From Heterodontus francisci (lineage: Eukaryota): 64,000 nucleotides of DNA. The stretch's first letter is position 1. Each line of letters begins with the position of its first letter. The position numbers and the translations under genes were made by a program. The notes under the pieces are model-generated. The model ran no database searches, was not told the DNA's origin, and saw only the letters and a program-made list of their open reading frames with translations. Positions 1-11,828 of this stretch are shown one piece after another. Location of the stretch: positions 62,001-126,000 of the forward strand of contig NW_027140807.1 of the NCBI RefSeq assembly GCF_036365525.1, in the 5' to 3' direction.

Positions 1-689
1 CTGAGATGAAAGTGGCTAAACAGGTTTCAGCAGCTTATGAACTCGCTGTCAGGAGGCAGGTGTCCCAGAGATGAAGGTATCTGGAGAGGGGTCTCACCTT
101 TGAACAGTGTGAAACAGCGCTCAGATGTTTAATGGTTCTGAGCTGAGTTAGTTCCTGTGAATTGGGCAGTTGTTCGCCTCTGTGTAGTGAAGGTTAGAAA
201 GAGATTAACCATCTGTTACCAGGGATGAGGGACTTCAGTTACTGTGGAGAGACTGGAGAAGCTGGGGGTTTCTCTCCTTAGAGCAGGGAAGGTTAATGGT
301 AGATGTGATACAGATATTGAAGATCATAGAGGATTTTGATACGTAATTGATGACAAACCACATCTTCTACTGGTCAATGTATAGAAAATCTATGAAAAGA
401 CGGTCATTTATTACATTACTGCAACATGTTTAATAAGTTCATACAAACTGTAATCACCTAAAGATAGAGTTTGATACATACAGAGACAGAGAGCTAGATA
501 ATCAGGTAGAGAGATAGATAGATAGAGAGTCAGTCAGGTTGACAGACAGCTATAGAGAGAGGTAGAGATATAGAGAGATCGAGGGAAAGTCATGTAGGTA
601 GAAAAATAACGAGCGAGATAGAGAGACAGTCACTGCCCTGTAAAAGACAGGGATGTTAATTGGCATTCTCTCATTTTACACCAGCTTGG

Positions 690-1045
690 TAGCGAGAGTG
701 AAAGAGAGGGTTGGAGAGAGAGGGAGAGAGAGTGATGGAGAGAGAGGCAGAGATGGATGGGGAGAGAGGGAGAGAGAGGAATGGAGATAGGAAGAGAAAG
801 GGATGGAGAGGAGCAAAGAGAGGGATGGAGAGTGTAGGAGAGAGAGGGATGGAGAGGGATGGAGAGAGAGGGATGGAGAGAGGGTGAGAGAAGGGTGGAG
901 AGGGAGAGGGAGAGAGAGGGATGGAGACAGGAAGAGAGAGGATGGAGAGTGGGAGCGAGAGGGATAGAGAGAGAGGGAGAGAGAGGGATGGAGAAAGAGA
1001 GGCATGGAGAGAGGGAGAGAGAGGGTTGGAGAGAGAGAGCGATGG
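690..1045. repeat. GA-rich simple repeat
   Basis: (GAGAGAGGGATG)-like units. Confidence 0.85.
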
Positions 1046-1087
1046 GAAGTTATCGATCAGTCATGATCTCAGTGAAATAAAGGATTA

Positions 1088-1190
1088 CTGACCCGAAAGA
1101 AGGGTCACTGACCCGAAACGTTAACTCTGCTTCTCTTTCCACAGATGCTGCCAGACCCGCTGAGTGGTTCCAGGATTTCTTGTCTTTATT
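1088..1190 (+). mobile_element. Penelope-like element terminal fragment
   Basis: gaagggtcactgacccgaaacgttaac...cacagatgctgccagacccgctgagt resembles PLE termini and the stem II-GAAA part of a hammerhead ribozyme. Confidence 0.55.
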
Positions 1191-2195
1191 TCATGATCTC
1201 AGTGAAGGTCGGAATGTTTTCGAGGTGATGAATGAACTCCTTGTGTTCCCAGGTCACTGTTGAAGTGTCTTCCAGACTCTGATGTTTATCATGGTCCAAC
1301 AGCGCACTCTACTGTCCCTTTGGAGAAAGAAAACACAGTGACATAAAACCACACCTTCAATATCCATTCATCAATCCATCCATCTCTCTCCATCTTTCTC
1401 CCTCTCTCTATCTCTCTCTCTACCTCTCTTTATCTCTCTCTCTCTGTCTCTGTCTCTATCTCTCCCTCTCTCTATCCGTGTCTCTCTTTCTCCCTCTCTC
1501 TCTATCTATCTCTCTATCTATCAATCTCTCTATGTCTCTCTCTATCTATCTATCTATCCATCTCTATTTATTTCTCTCTCTCGCTATCCGTCTCTCTTTC
1601 TCTCTCTTTATCTCTCTCTCTCTATCGATCTCTCAATGCCTCTCTATCTATCTATGTNNNNNNNNNNNNNNNNNNNNNNNNNNNNNNNNNNNNNNNNNNN
1701 NNNNNNNNNNNNNNNNNNNNNNNNNNNNNNNNNNNNNNNNNNNNNNNNNNNNNNNNNNNNNNNNNNNNNNNNNNNNNNNNNNNNNNNNNNNNNNNNNNNN
1801 NNNNNNNNNNNNNNNNNNNNNNNNNNNNNNNNNNNNNNNNNNNNNNNNNNNNNNNNNNNNNNNNNNTCTCTGTCTCTCTCGCTGTTGTTTCTGAACTTCA
1901 CTTCACATATTAAAATCTTTAAGAAGCTCTCTGAGACCGCTGAAGGTTTACCCTTCAGTCTTCTCTTTTCTGGAGCAAAGATAACCCGATATTCAAACTA
2001 TCATGTTCGCTTTAAACTCTGTGTTCCTGTAAAGTCGAATTCGCAATTCCCCGGTGCTTCGAAATCTAACCTCTCACTTTCTCTTTAAATCTGCACTGTC
2101 TTCTTGTGAAGAACATGTTCCCAATGATGAAATCACCCAACAGGACGCAGCACCGCCTGGTTTTATCTGAAACAGGTGTTTCCTGCTGCCTTTGG

Positions 2196-2234
2196 GCTTT
2201 TTGTTGAACTGCTCCATCTCTCTGAGTCACTGTG
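2196..2234 (-). other. 23-spacer RSS of V1
   Basis: CACAGTG-23 bp-ACAAAAAGC. Confidence 0.93.
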
Positions 2235-2711
2235 ATGACTCCAGGCACAGACATACACTGCCGAGTGATTCTCCCGCAGGCTGGAGGACTCGAGGTGGAA
2301 CTCGGAGTTACTCGGTCTCTCGGCGGTGAAACCCTCCACCGTCCCCTCTGAGTTCACGCTTTGTACACTTCGGGAGTAAAACATCAGCTGCGGCTTCTTC
2401 CCCGGGTATTGTCTGTACCAAAACATGTCAGGGTTACTTGTGCCCTGCACGGTGCATTTCAGCTTCACCTGCTCACCAGAAAATTTGGAGACAGCGGCGG
2501 GAGTCTGGTGGATAGTCTGTGAGTTCACATCTAGGAAAGAGACAGGGAGAGGAGGAGATCAATAAATAGCGACATTCAGTCCAGTGGGGAGAAAGAGGAG
2601 AGAGAGAGAAAATCAAAGAAAAATAAAATGAAAGAAATGTTAAGGAGAATTATTGTTTCAATAAAATGCCTTACGGTGAAACAGGGTGATCAGAGTCAGT
2701 AACAGATACAT
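2235..2711 (-). CDS. TRBV: TCR beta V segment V1 (TRBV30-like CAWS family), apparently functional; leader 2711-2675, V exon 2530-2235
   Basis: Leader MYLLLTLITLFH followed by GTAAG. AG acceptor, phase 1. V exon VNSQTIHQTP..LKCTVQGTSNPDMFWYRQ..AVYVCAWSH has both Cys and the Trp, and is followed by a 23-RSS. Confidence 0.9.
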
Positions 2712-2779
2712 TTTTTACTTTAAGCTGACCTCTGAATCAGCAAAGGGGAGAGAGAGATGGAGTGATGAGTGTTGTCAAT

Positions 2780-2856
2780 AGCCAACCCACTCTTTACAAA
2801 TCATTGGGACGAACAGGAAGAGCATTAGGAAGTGATGCACAGATGGTGACGCCCAG
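2780..2856 (-). promoter_or_regulatory. Conserved V promoter block (copies upstream of V2-V5)
   Basis: ccactctttacaaatcattggga..gaagagcattaggaagtgat recurs ~70-140 bp upstream of the ATG of V1-V5. It includes a GGAAGTG (ETS-like) core and a TGACG half-CRE in V1 and V4. Confidence 0.5.
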
Positions 2857-3399
2857 GTAAACATGTCAGAGTGGAGTAGGTTGTCAATGTCTCTCTCTCT
2901 ATCTCAATCCGCCTTCCTCTCTCTTTCTTACTCTTTGTTCCTCACTCTCTCTCTCTCTGCATGTATCGAGCTTTATGTCTCCCACTCTTTCAATCTCTTT
3001 CTCTCTATATCTGTGTGTGTGTGTGTATTTTTCTCTCTCTGTCTCCCTCTGTCCCGTTCATTTACGTTGAGTTTTTCCTCTCTATGACTCCCTGATTCAC
3101 CCTCTCTGCCTCTGTGTTTCATGGGCTGATGTATTGAGAAATAGAGGGCACTTATTGAAGGTAATTGGCAAAAGATCCAAAGGTGAACTGAGAAAACGTT
3201 TTGATGCAGTGAGTGGTGAGGATCTGGAATGCACTACGTGAGAGTGCGGGGGACGCAGATTCAATCGTGGCTTTCAAAAGGAAATTTGATAATTATCTGA
3301 AGGGAAAATGTGCAGTGTTACGTCGAAAGGGCAGGAGGAGTGCGACTAGCTGCAGAGACCAAATACAGCGACAGGGTGACAGCATTGTGGAACACCCTG

Positions 3400-3910
3400 C
3401 ATTCGGGCTGCAAGTGTGACCCTGAGGTCCCGGTTAGTGGACACTTTTAATTCTCATTCCCACTCCCACCCTGACCTCTCTGTCCTCGAAATCCTTCTCT
3501 GCTCCAATGAAGCTCAACAGAAACTCGAAGAACAGCACCTAATCTTTCAATTGGACACTTGACAGCTTTCTGAACTCAACAGTGAGTTTAACAATTTCTG
3601 ATCATAACCACTGCTCCGGTTTATTTGGACAGAGGTTTGTTGGTAATAATTGTGTTTCTGCTATTTCCACCTCCTCTAGACCCATCTTTTGTTCTTTACT
3701 TGACCAATTAACATCCCCTTTGTCTTGCACCAGCCTCAGTTTTGTTATTAAATCTCTCCTGCATTCCTCCCATTCTCCCTCTCCCTGGCTTTGTGCTGCT
3801 TAAAAGTTGATAGACCTCTAAATCCTTCCAGTTCTGCTGAATGATCTAGGACCTGATATGTTAATTTTTCCTCCTCCACAGAGGCTGTCTGACCTGATTA
3901 GTATTTCCAT
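3400..3910 (+). mobile_element. Degenerate Penelope-like retroelement 3' fragment (paralog at 9445-9960)
   Basis: Paralog translates to DLSFLDLLVCSNEAQQKLEEQHIIFQLDTLQ..LNCEF, resembling a PLE GIY-YIG C-terminus. Confidence 0.6.
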
Positions 3911-4121
3911 CCTTATTTATTTGTAAACCAGAAACGCAATGAGCACCAATATAGTGACAGAGCACCCAGAACCTAAACCATCCAGCACCTGCGGTTCCTT
4001 GTGTTCAGTTCACCAGTCTGTAACCGGGATGTATTTCTATAATTATCAGGAGAGGTTCATAGAGAAGTTTCAAAGTCCCTGTTGAAACATCATCAATAAT
4101 CTGATCCTTTTCACGGTCCGA

Positions 4122-4140
4122 CAGCGCCCTCTGCTGTCCC
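4122..4140 (-). promoter_or_regulatory. CTCF-like motif 3' of the V2 RSS (paralogs at 1300, 6047, 7150, 7920, 10172, 12664)
   Basis: Minus strand GGGACAGCAGAGGGCGCTG versus CTCF core CCASYAGRKGGCRC. Confidence 0.55.
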
Positions 4141-4518
4141 TTTGGAGAAAGACAACACTGTCAGTGAATAAAACACAACAGTGTCTGTCTGCCTACCAGC
4201 TATCTATCGACCAATCTACCTACCTATCTGATCTTCACTTCACACATTAAACCCTTTCATAATCTTTCTAAGAACTCTGAATTTTCACCCTTCAGTCTTC
4301 TCCTCTCTGGAGCAAAGATGTTCAAACTATCTTTGTTCTGATATCATTCCTGGAAAGTCCATTTCACACTTCCCCTGTGCTTCTGTATCTAACCTCTCAC
4401 CTTCTGTTTAAATCCGCCCTGTCTTCTTGTGAAAAACACTTTTCCAATGCCAAAAACACCAAACAGGACGCAGCACCGCCTGGTTTTATCTGAAACAGGT
4501 GTTTCCTGCTGCCTTTGG

Positions 4519-4551
4519 CGCTTTTGTTGAACTGCTCCATCTCTCACTGTG
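4519..4551 (-). other. Defective RSS of V2 (17-bp spacer)
   Basis: CACAGTG-17 bp-ACAAAAGCG; 6 bp deleted relative to paralogs. Confidence 0.88.
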
Positions 4552-5014
4552 AAGACTCCAGGCACAGAAATACACAGCCGAGTGATTCTCCCGCAGGCTG
4601 GAGGACTCCAGTTTGAACTCGTACTTATTCAGTTTCTCTGCGGTAAAACCGTCCACCGTCCCCTCTGGATCCACATAGTTAGCAGTACTGGAGTAAAACA
4701 TCAACAGCGGCTCCTCCCCGGGTATTGTCTGTACCAGTACATGGAGATGCTACCAGTACATGGAGATGCTACTTCACAGTGCACATCAGTCCCACTCCTT
4801 TCGCGGGAAATCTGGAGACAGTGGCGGGAATCTGGTGGATGGTCTGTGAGTTCACGTCTGGGAGAGAGATGGAGAGAGGAGGTGATCAGTAAACAGGGAA
4901 TTTCTGGGAATGAAAGGAAGACAGGGAGAGGAGAGGAAAGTTATTAACGATAATCTTTGTATTTCACACTCACTTACAATGAAACAGGATTATCAGACAC
5001 AGTAACTGATACAT
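4552..5014 (-). pseudogene. TRBV: TRBV pseudogene V2 (CAWS family); leader 5014-4978, V exon 4857-4552
   Basis: Leader MYQLLCLIILFH. TAG after CTVK, associated with a 19-bp tandem duplication (taccagtacatggagatgc x2 at ~4732-4769). 1-bp deletion in FR2. RSS spacer is only 17 bp. Confidence 0.88.
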
Positions 5015-6343
5015 CTTTCACTACAACATGTTCTCTTAATGGACACAGGAGTGAAAGCCGGAGCCGAGAGTCTTGTGAGGGTCCAAATAGACTCTTTACA
5101 AATCATGGGGAGGAACATGAAGAGCATTAGGAAGTGATACAATGTTGGAGACGCCCATTCACCCAGTTCAACAAATCAGAATTNNNNNNNNNNNNNNNNN
5201 NNNNNNNNNNNNNNNNNNNNNNNNNNNNNNNNNNNNNNNNNNNNNNNNNNNNNNNNNNNNNNNNNNNNNNNNNNNNNNNNNNNNNNNNNNNNNNNNNNNN
5301 NNNNNNNNNNNNNNNNNNNNNNNNNNNNNNNNNNNNNNNNNNNNNNNNNNNNNNNNNNNNNNNNNNNNNNNNNNNNNNNNNNNNNNNNNNNNNNNNNNNN
5401 NNNNNNNNNNNNNNNNNNNNNNNNNNNNNNNNNNNNNNNNNNNNNNNNNNNNNNNNNNNNNNNNNNNNNNNNNNNNNNNNNNNNNNNNNNNNNNNNNNNN
5501 NNNNNNNNNNNNNNNNNNNNNNNNNNNNNNNNNNNNNNNNNNNNNNNNNNNNNNNNNNNNNNNNNNNNNNNNCTCTTGCTCTCTCTCTTTCTGTCTCGCT
5601 CTCTCCTCATGTGTCTGGGGTTATGTCTCCCACTCTCTCCTTCTCTCTGACTCTCCCTCTCTCTCACTCTTACTGTCTCATTAGTTCTTTCTCTGTCTCT
5701 CTCTAGCTCTGCCTCCCTATCTGTCTCAGGCTCTTTATCTCAGTCTCTCTTTCTCTCCTTCTCTCTCAGTCCCTTTCTCTCTCACTCTCATTATGTCTCT
5801 CTTGCTGCCTCGCTGTCTTTGTCTCTATCTCTGTCTCCCTCTCTGTCTCAGTCTCTTCAATTCTATCTGTCGTTTTTCCTCTCTCTCACTAGATCTCTCT
5901 GTCACACACACACACACTCTTACTCTCTCTAACAAAATGGTGTCCTTGTCCTGTTCATGTGTATCAAGCTGGATCTGCATGATCTCCTGCTCTTTCAGTG
6001 TTCTCACTAAATCCTTCTCAAAGCCATTGTCAGTTCCATGGGCCTGGATCCACCTCTGCTGTCCCTGTGGAGAAGGTAAACACTGTGTCAGTGCATAAAA
6101 ACCCAGATTATTGTCATTGATTCCTGATAATTACATTCTGAGATCTCGTGACACCTTTATTAATCGCAGTACCTGTAAATCTAGTGTGTCACTACAATCA
6201 TCGCTCAACACTTTTTATTGTAATACTTTCACTCTGCATAAGGGAACAGGAGGTCGAGGCACCGAACGGTTTTACCCTCCACAGGTGTTTCCTGCTGCCT
6301 TTGGGGTTATTGTTGAACTGCTCCACCTTTCTGAGTTACTGTG

Positions 6344-6804
6344 AAGACTCAAGGCACAGAAATACACGGCCGAGTGATTCTCCTACAGGCTGGAGGACTC
6401 CAGTTTGAACTCGGAGTCAGTCGGTCTCTCGGCGGTGAAACCATCCAGTGTCCCCTCTGAGTTCACCCTTTGTACAGTTAGGGAGTAAAACATCAGCTGC
6501 GGCTCCTTCCCCGGGTATTGTCTGTACCAGTACATGTAAGGGTTACTGGTGCCATCCACGGTGCATTTCAGCTTCACCTGCTTCTCAGAAAATTTGGAGA
6601 CAACGGCGGGAGTTGGTGGACAGTCTGTGAGTTCACAGCTGGGAAAGAGACAGGGAGAGGAGGAGATCAGTAAACAGGGAATTTCAGTAAAGTGGGAGAG
6701 AGAAAGAAGTAAAAACAAAACCTAAAGAAATGTTAAGTAGAATTATTGTTTCAATAAAATCCCTTACGGTGAAACAGGGTGATCAGAGCCAGTAACAGAT
6801 ATAT
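6344..6804 (-). pseudogene. TRBV: TRBV pseudogene V3 (CAWS family); leader 6804-6768, V exon 6638-6344
   Basis: Start codon ATG changed to ATA. 1-bp deletion in FR1. In-frame TAG in FR3 (6383-6385). Ends CALSL. RSS CACAGTA-23-ACAATAACC at 6305-6343. Confidence 0.88.
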
Positions 6805-8238
6805 CTTTTACTTTAAGCTGCCCTCTGAATCACCAAAGGGGAGAGAGGAGGAGTGATGAATGTTGTCAATAACCAACCCACTCTTTCGAAATCATTGGGA
6901 GGAACAGGGAGAGCATTAGTAAGTGATGCAGAGATGGTGACGTTCATTTCCCACATCAACAAATGAGAATCGAGTTGTAAATGTCCCAATTTCTCTCTCA
7001 GTCTCTCTCTCTTTCTTTCTCTCTCTCTCTAAGGAGGTGATTGTCCTTCTCCTGGTCATGTATATCAACCTGGAGGACTGTATGATCTCCCACTGTTTGA
7101 TTTATCCTATGAACTCCTTCTCAAAGCCATTGTACATCACATGGTCCGCGAGCGTCCTCAGCTGTCCCCATAGTGAAAATATACACAGTGTCAGTCTATA
7201 ACAGCCCCAGTCCTTTTATTGTTATTCTTTCCTGACAGTTACTTTCCTGAGATCACGGGATATTCTTATTCAATGAGCTGGAAGATGAATGGACACGGAT
7301 ACATAGCAGTGCATGTGTGTGCGTGTGTTTTTCACTCGCTCTGTCTTTAGATCACTGTCCCGCTCTGTTTTACTGCTCTCTGTCTTTCTGTCCCTGTCTC
7401 TTTCTTTGTGTGTTTGAGTGCATGTGTGTATGTGTGTGTCTGTTTCCCAATCTGTTTCAGTCTCTTCCTCTGTGTTTTTTTTGTTTTCTCTCTGGTTCTT
7501 TCTTGGCCCCCCTCTCGGTCCTCCTCCCTCTCCTCTCTCTCCTCCTCTCAGTCTCCGTCTCTCTGTCTCACTCTCTTTGTCTCACTCTCTCTCTCTCAAT
7601 CTTTCTCTCTCAGTCTCTCTGTCTCTGTCAGTTTTCCTCTCAATCTCGTTCTCACCCTCTCTCACACGCTCAGTCTCTCTCTCTCTCTCAGTCCCTTTGT
7701 CTCTGTCAGTTTTCCTCTCAATCTTGTTCTCACCCTCTCTCACACACTCTGTCTCCCTCTCTGTGTCTCTCACATTGTGTGTGTGTGTGCGTATCCCTCT
7801 TTAAGGTGATGAATGTCCTTCTCCTGTCACTGTGTATGAAGCTCGAGGGCTGCATGACCTCTGCCTCTTTCTGTTTTCCGATTCAATGTTTTCTCGTCCA
7901 TTGTGTATTAATGGTCCTGGAGCGCCCTCTGTTAACCCTATAGAGGAAGAAAACGCAGTGTCAGTGCAGAAGAACTCAAGTCGTTTTATTGTTAATCTTT
8001 CCTGATAGTTACAACCTCAGATCTGGTGTTATCCTTGTTAATCATTCAGAGAGAGATCGAAACTTTTACCGCACAGATGAGGTCCGTTCATTGTCTCTTC
8101 GTCAGTGCCCGTCCATCTATTATCACACTTTTATTCTCACTTGTCTTCTTATCGTCACAAAAACAATCGCCCTGCACAAAAAACAAGTGGCAGCACCGAG
8201 CACCTTTATCCTCCACAGGTGTTTCCTGCTGCCTTTGG

Positions 8239-8277
8239 GGTTTTTGTTGAACTGCTCCATCTCTCTGAGTCACTGTG
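8239..8277 (-). other. 23-spacer RSS of V4
   Basis: Perfect consensus CACAGTG-23-ACAAAAACC. Confidence 0.95.
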
Positions 8278-8751
8278 AAGACTCCAGGCACAGAAGTACA
8301 CGGCCGAGTGATTCTCCCGCAGGTTGGAGGACTCCAGGTTGAACTCGGAGTTACTTGGTCTCTCGGCGGTAAAACCATCCACCTCTTCTGGAGATACGAG
8401 ATTGGCACCCGTGGAGTAAAACATAAACTGCGGCTCCTTCCCCGGGTATTGTCTGTACCAGTACATGTAAGGGTCACTGGTACCTTCCACGGTGCATTTC
8501 AGCTTCACCTGCTCCCCAGGAAATTTGGAGACAGCGGCGGGAGTCTGGTGGATAGTCTGTGAGTTCACATCTGGGAAAGAGACAGGGAGAGGAGGAGATC
8601 AGTAAACAGTAACATTCAGTCCAGTGGGGAGAAAGAGGAGAGAGAGAGAAAATCAAAGAAAAATAAAACGAAAGAAATGTTAAGTAGAATTATTGTTTCA
8701 ATAAAATTCCTTACGGTGAAACAGGGTGATCAGAGTCAGTAACAGATACAT
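8278..8751 (-). CDS. TRBV: TCR beta V segment V4 (CAWS family), apparently functional; leader 8751-8715, V exon 8570-8278
   Basis: Leader MYLLLTLITLFH. V exon SQTIHQTP..CTVEGTSDPYMYWYRQ..AVYFCAWSL. Consensus RSS. Confidence 0.92.
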
Positions 8752-10171
8752 CTTTTACTTTAAGCTGACTTCTGAATCTGCAAAGGGGAGAGAGCAGGAG
8801 TGATGAGTGTTGTTAATAACCAACCCACTCTTTACAAATCATTGGGAGGAACAGGAAGAGCATTAGGAAGTGATGCACAGATGGTGACGCCCAGGTAAAC
8901 AAGTCAGAGTGGAGTTGGTTGCCAATGTCTCTCTCTCTATCTATCTCAATCCGCCTTCCTCTCTCTTTCTTGCTCTTTGTTCCTCACTCTCTCTCTCTCT
9001 CTGCATGTATCGAGCTTTATGTCTCCCACTCTTTCAATCTCTTTCTCAGTGTATCTGTGTGTGTGTGTGTGTGTATTTTTCTCTCTCTGTCTCCCTCTGT
9101 CCCGTTCATTTATGTTGAGTTTTTCCTCTCTATGTCTCCCTGATTCACCCTCTCTGTCTCTGTGTTTCATGAGCGGATGTATTGAGAACCAAAGGGCACT
9201 TATTGAAGGTAATTGGGAAAAGATCCAAAGGTGAACTGAGAAAATGTTTTGACGCAGTGAGTGGTGAGGATCTGGAATGCACTACCTGAGAGTGCAGGGG
9301 AGGCAGATTCAATCGTGGCTTTCAAAAGGAAATTTGGATAATTATCTGAAGGGAAAATGCGCAGTGTTACGTAGAAAGGGCAGGGGAGTGGGACTAGCTG
9401 CAGAGACCAAATACAGCAACAGGGTGACAGCATTGTGGAACATCCTGCATTCAGGCTGCAAGTGTGACCCTGAGATTCCGGTTAGTGGACACTTTTAATT
9501 CTCATTCCCACTCCCACCATGACCTCTCTTTCCTCGACCTCCTAGTCTGCTCCAATGAAGCTCAACAGAAACTCGAAGAACAGCACATCATCTTTCAATT
9601 GGACACTTTACAGCTTTCTGAACTCAACTGCGAGTTTAACCATTTCTGATCATAACCAATGCTCCGGTTTATTTGGACAGAGTCTTGTTGGTAATGATTG
9701 TGTTTCTGCCAGTTCTGCCTCTTCTAGACCCATCTTTTGTTCTTTACTTGACCCATTAACTTCCCCTTTGTCTTGCACCAGCCTCAGTTTTGTTATTCAA
9801 TCTCTTTTGCATTTCTCCCATTGCCCGTCTCTCTGACTTTGTGCTGCTTAAAAGTTAATAGATCTCTAAATCCTTCCAGTTCAGTTGAAAGATCTACGAC
9901 CTGATATGCTAATGTTTTTCTCCCTCGACAGAGGCTGTTTGATCTGATTAACATTTCCATCCTTATTTATTTATAACCCAGAAATGCAACGAGCACCAAT
10001 ATAGTGACAGAGCACCCAGAACCGAAACCATCCAGCATCTGCGGTACCTTGTGTTCAGTTCACCAGTCTGTAATAGGAATGTAGTTATTTAATTATCAGG
10101 AGCGGTTCATAGACAAGTTTCAAAGTCCCTATTGAAACATCATCAATAATCTGATACTTATCACGGTCCTA

Positions 10172-10190
10172 CACCGCCCTCTGCTGTCCC
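10172..10190 (-). promoter_or_regulatory. CTCF-like motif 3' of the V5 RSS
   Basis: Minus strand GGGACAGCAGAGGGCGGTG. Confidence 0.5.
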
Positions 10191-11336
10191 TGTGGAGAAA
10201 GACAACACTGTCAGTGAATAAACCACAACAGTGTCTGTATATCTATTTACCTATCTATCNNNNNNNNNNNNNNNNNNNNNNNNNNNNNNNNNNNNNNNNN
10301 NNNNNNNNNNNNNNNNNNNNNNNNNNNNNNNNNNNNNNNNNNNNNNNNNNNNNNNNNNNNNNNNNNNNNNNNNNNNNNNNNNNNNNNNNNNNNNNNNNNN
10401 NNNNNNNNNNNNNNNNNNNNNNNNNNNNNNNNNNNNNNNNNNNNNNNNNNNNNNNNNNNNNNNNNNNNNNNNNNNNNNNNNNNNNNNNNNNNNNNNNNNN
10501 NNNNNNNNNNNNNNNNNNNNNNNNNNNNNNNNNNNNNNNNNNNNNNNNNNNNNNNNNNNNNNNNNNNNNNNNNNNNNNNNNNNNNNNNNNNNNNNNNNNN
10601 NNNNNNNNNNNNNNNNNNNNNNNNNNNNNNNNNNNNNNNNNNNNNNNNNNNNNNNNNNNNNNNNNNNNNNNNNNNNNNNGATCTAGCTACCTATCTATCT
10701 NNNNNNNNNNNNNNNNNNNNNNNNNNNNNNNNNNNNNNNNNNNNNNNNNNNNNNNNNNNNNNNNNNNNNNNNNNNNNNNNNNNNNNNNNNNNNNNNNNNN
10801 NNNNNNNNNNNNNNNNNNNNNNNNNNNNNNNNNNNNNNNNNNNNNNNNNNNNNNNNNNNNNNNNNNNNNNNNNNNNNNNNNNNNNNNNNNNNNNNNNNNN
10901 NNNNNNNNNNNNNNNNNNNNNNNNNNNNNNNNNNNNNNNNNNNNNNNNNNNNNNNNNNNNNNNNNNNNNNNNNNNNNNNNNNNNNNNNNNNNNNNNNNNN
11001 NNNNNNNNNNNNNNNNNNNNNNNNNNNNNNNNNNNNNNNNNNNNNATCTGCACTTCACACATTAAACCCTTTCAGAATCTCTCTAAGAACACTAAAGGTT
11101 TATCCTTCAGTCTTCTCTTTTCTGGTTCAGACTTCTTTGATCGCGATAACTTCTCAGTATCGGTATCATTCCTCGAAATTCTATCTCGCAATTTTCCACT
11201 GTCTCTAAATCTAATCTCTTTCTCTTTAAATCCGCCCTGTCTTCTTGTGAAAAACATGTTCCCAATGACAAAAACATCCAGCAGGATGCAGCACCGTCTG
11301 GGTTTATCTGAAACAGGTGTTTCCTGTTGCCTTTGG

Positions 11337-11375
11337 GGTTTTTGTTGAACTGCTCCATCTCTCTGAGTCACTGTG
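11337..11375 (-). other. 23-spacer RSS of V5
   Basis: CACAGTG-23-ACAAAAACC. Confidence 0.95.
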
Positions 11376-11828
11376 AAGACTCCAGGCACAGAAATACACG
11401 GCCGAGTGATTCTCCCGCAGGCTGGAGGACTCCAGGTTGAACTGGGAGTCAGTTGGTCTCTCGGCGGTGAAACCGCCCACCATCCCCTCTGGATCCACAT
11501 AGTTAGCAGTAGTGGAGTAAAACATCAACAGCGGCTCCTTCCCCGGGTATTGTCTGTACCAGTACATTCTAGCAGTACTGGTGCCCTCCACTGTGCACCT
11601 CAGTTCCACTGCCTCTCCACGCAATCTGGAGACAGCGGCGGGAGTCTGGTGGATAGTCTGTGAGTTCACATCTGGGAGAGAGATGGAGAGAAGAGCAGAT
11701 CAGTAAACAGGAAACTTCTGGGAATGAAAGGGAGACAGAGAGAAGAGAGGAAAGTTATTAACGATAGTTTTTGCATTTCACACTCACTTACAATGAAACA
11801 GGATTATCAGACCCAGTAACTGATACAT
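11376..11828 (-). CDS. TRBV: TCR beta V segment V5 (CAWS family), apparently functional; leader 11828-11792, V exon 11671-11376
   Basis: Leader MYQLLGLIILFH. V exon SQTIHQTP..CTVEGTSTARMYWYRQ..AVYFCAWSL. Consensus RSS. Confidence 0.92.

Noticed and set aside
1088-1125. Active hammerhead ribozyme
   Set aside because: Stem II and GAAAC are present but the CTGATGA core is missing.
1334-1372. Isolated CACAGTG heptamers (also ~7184, ~16168, ~28663)
   Set aside because: No nonamer at 12 or 23 bp.
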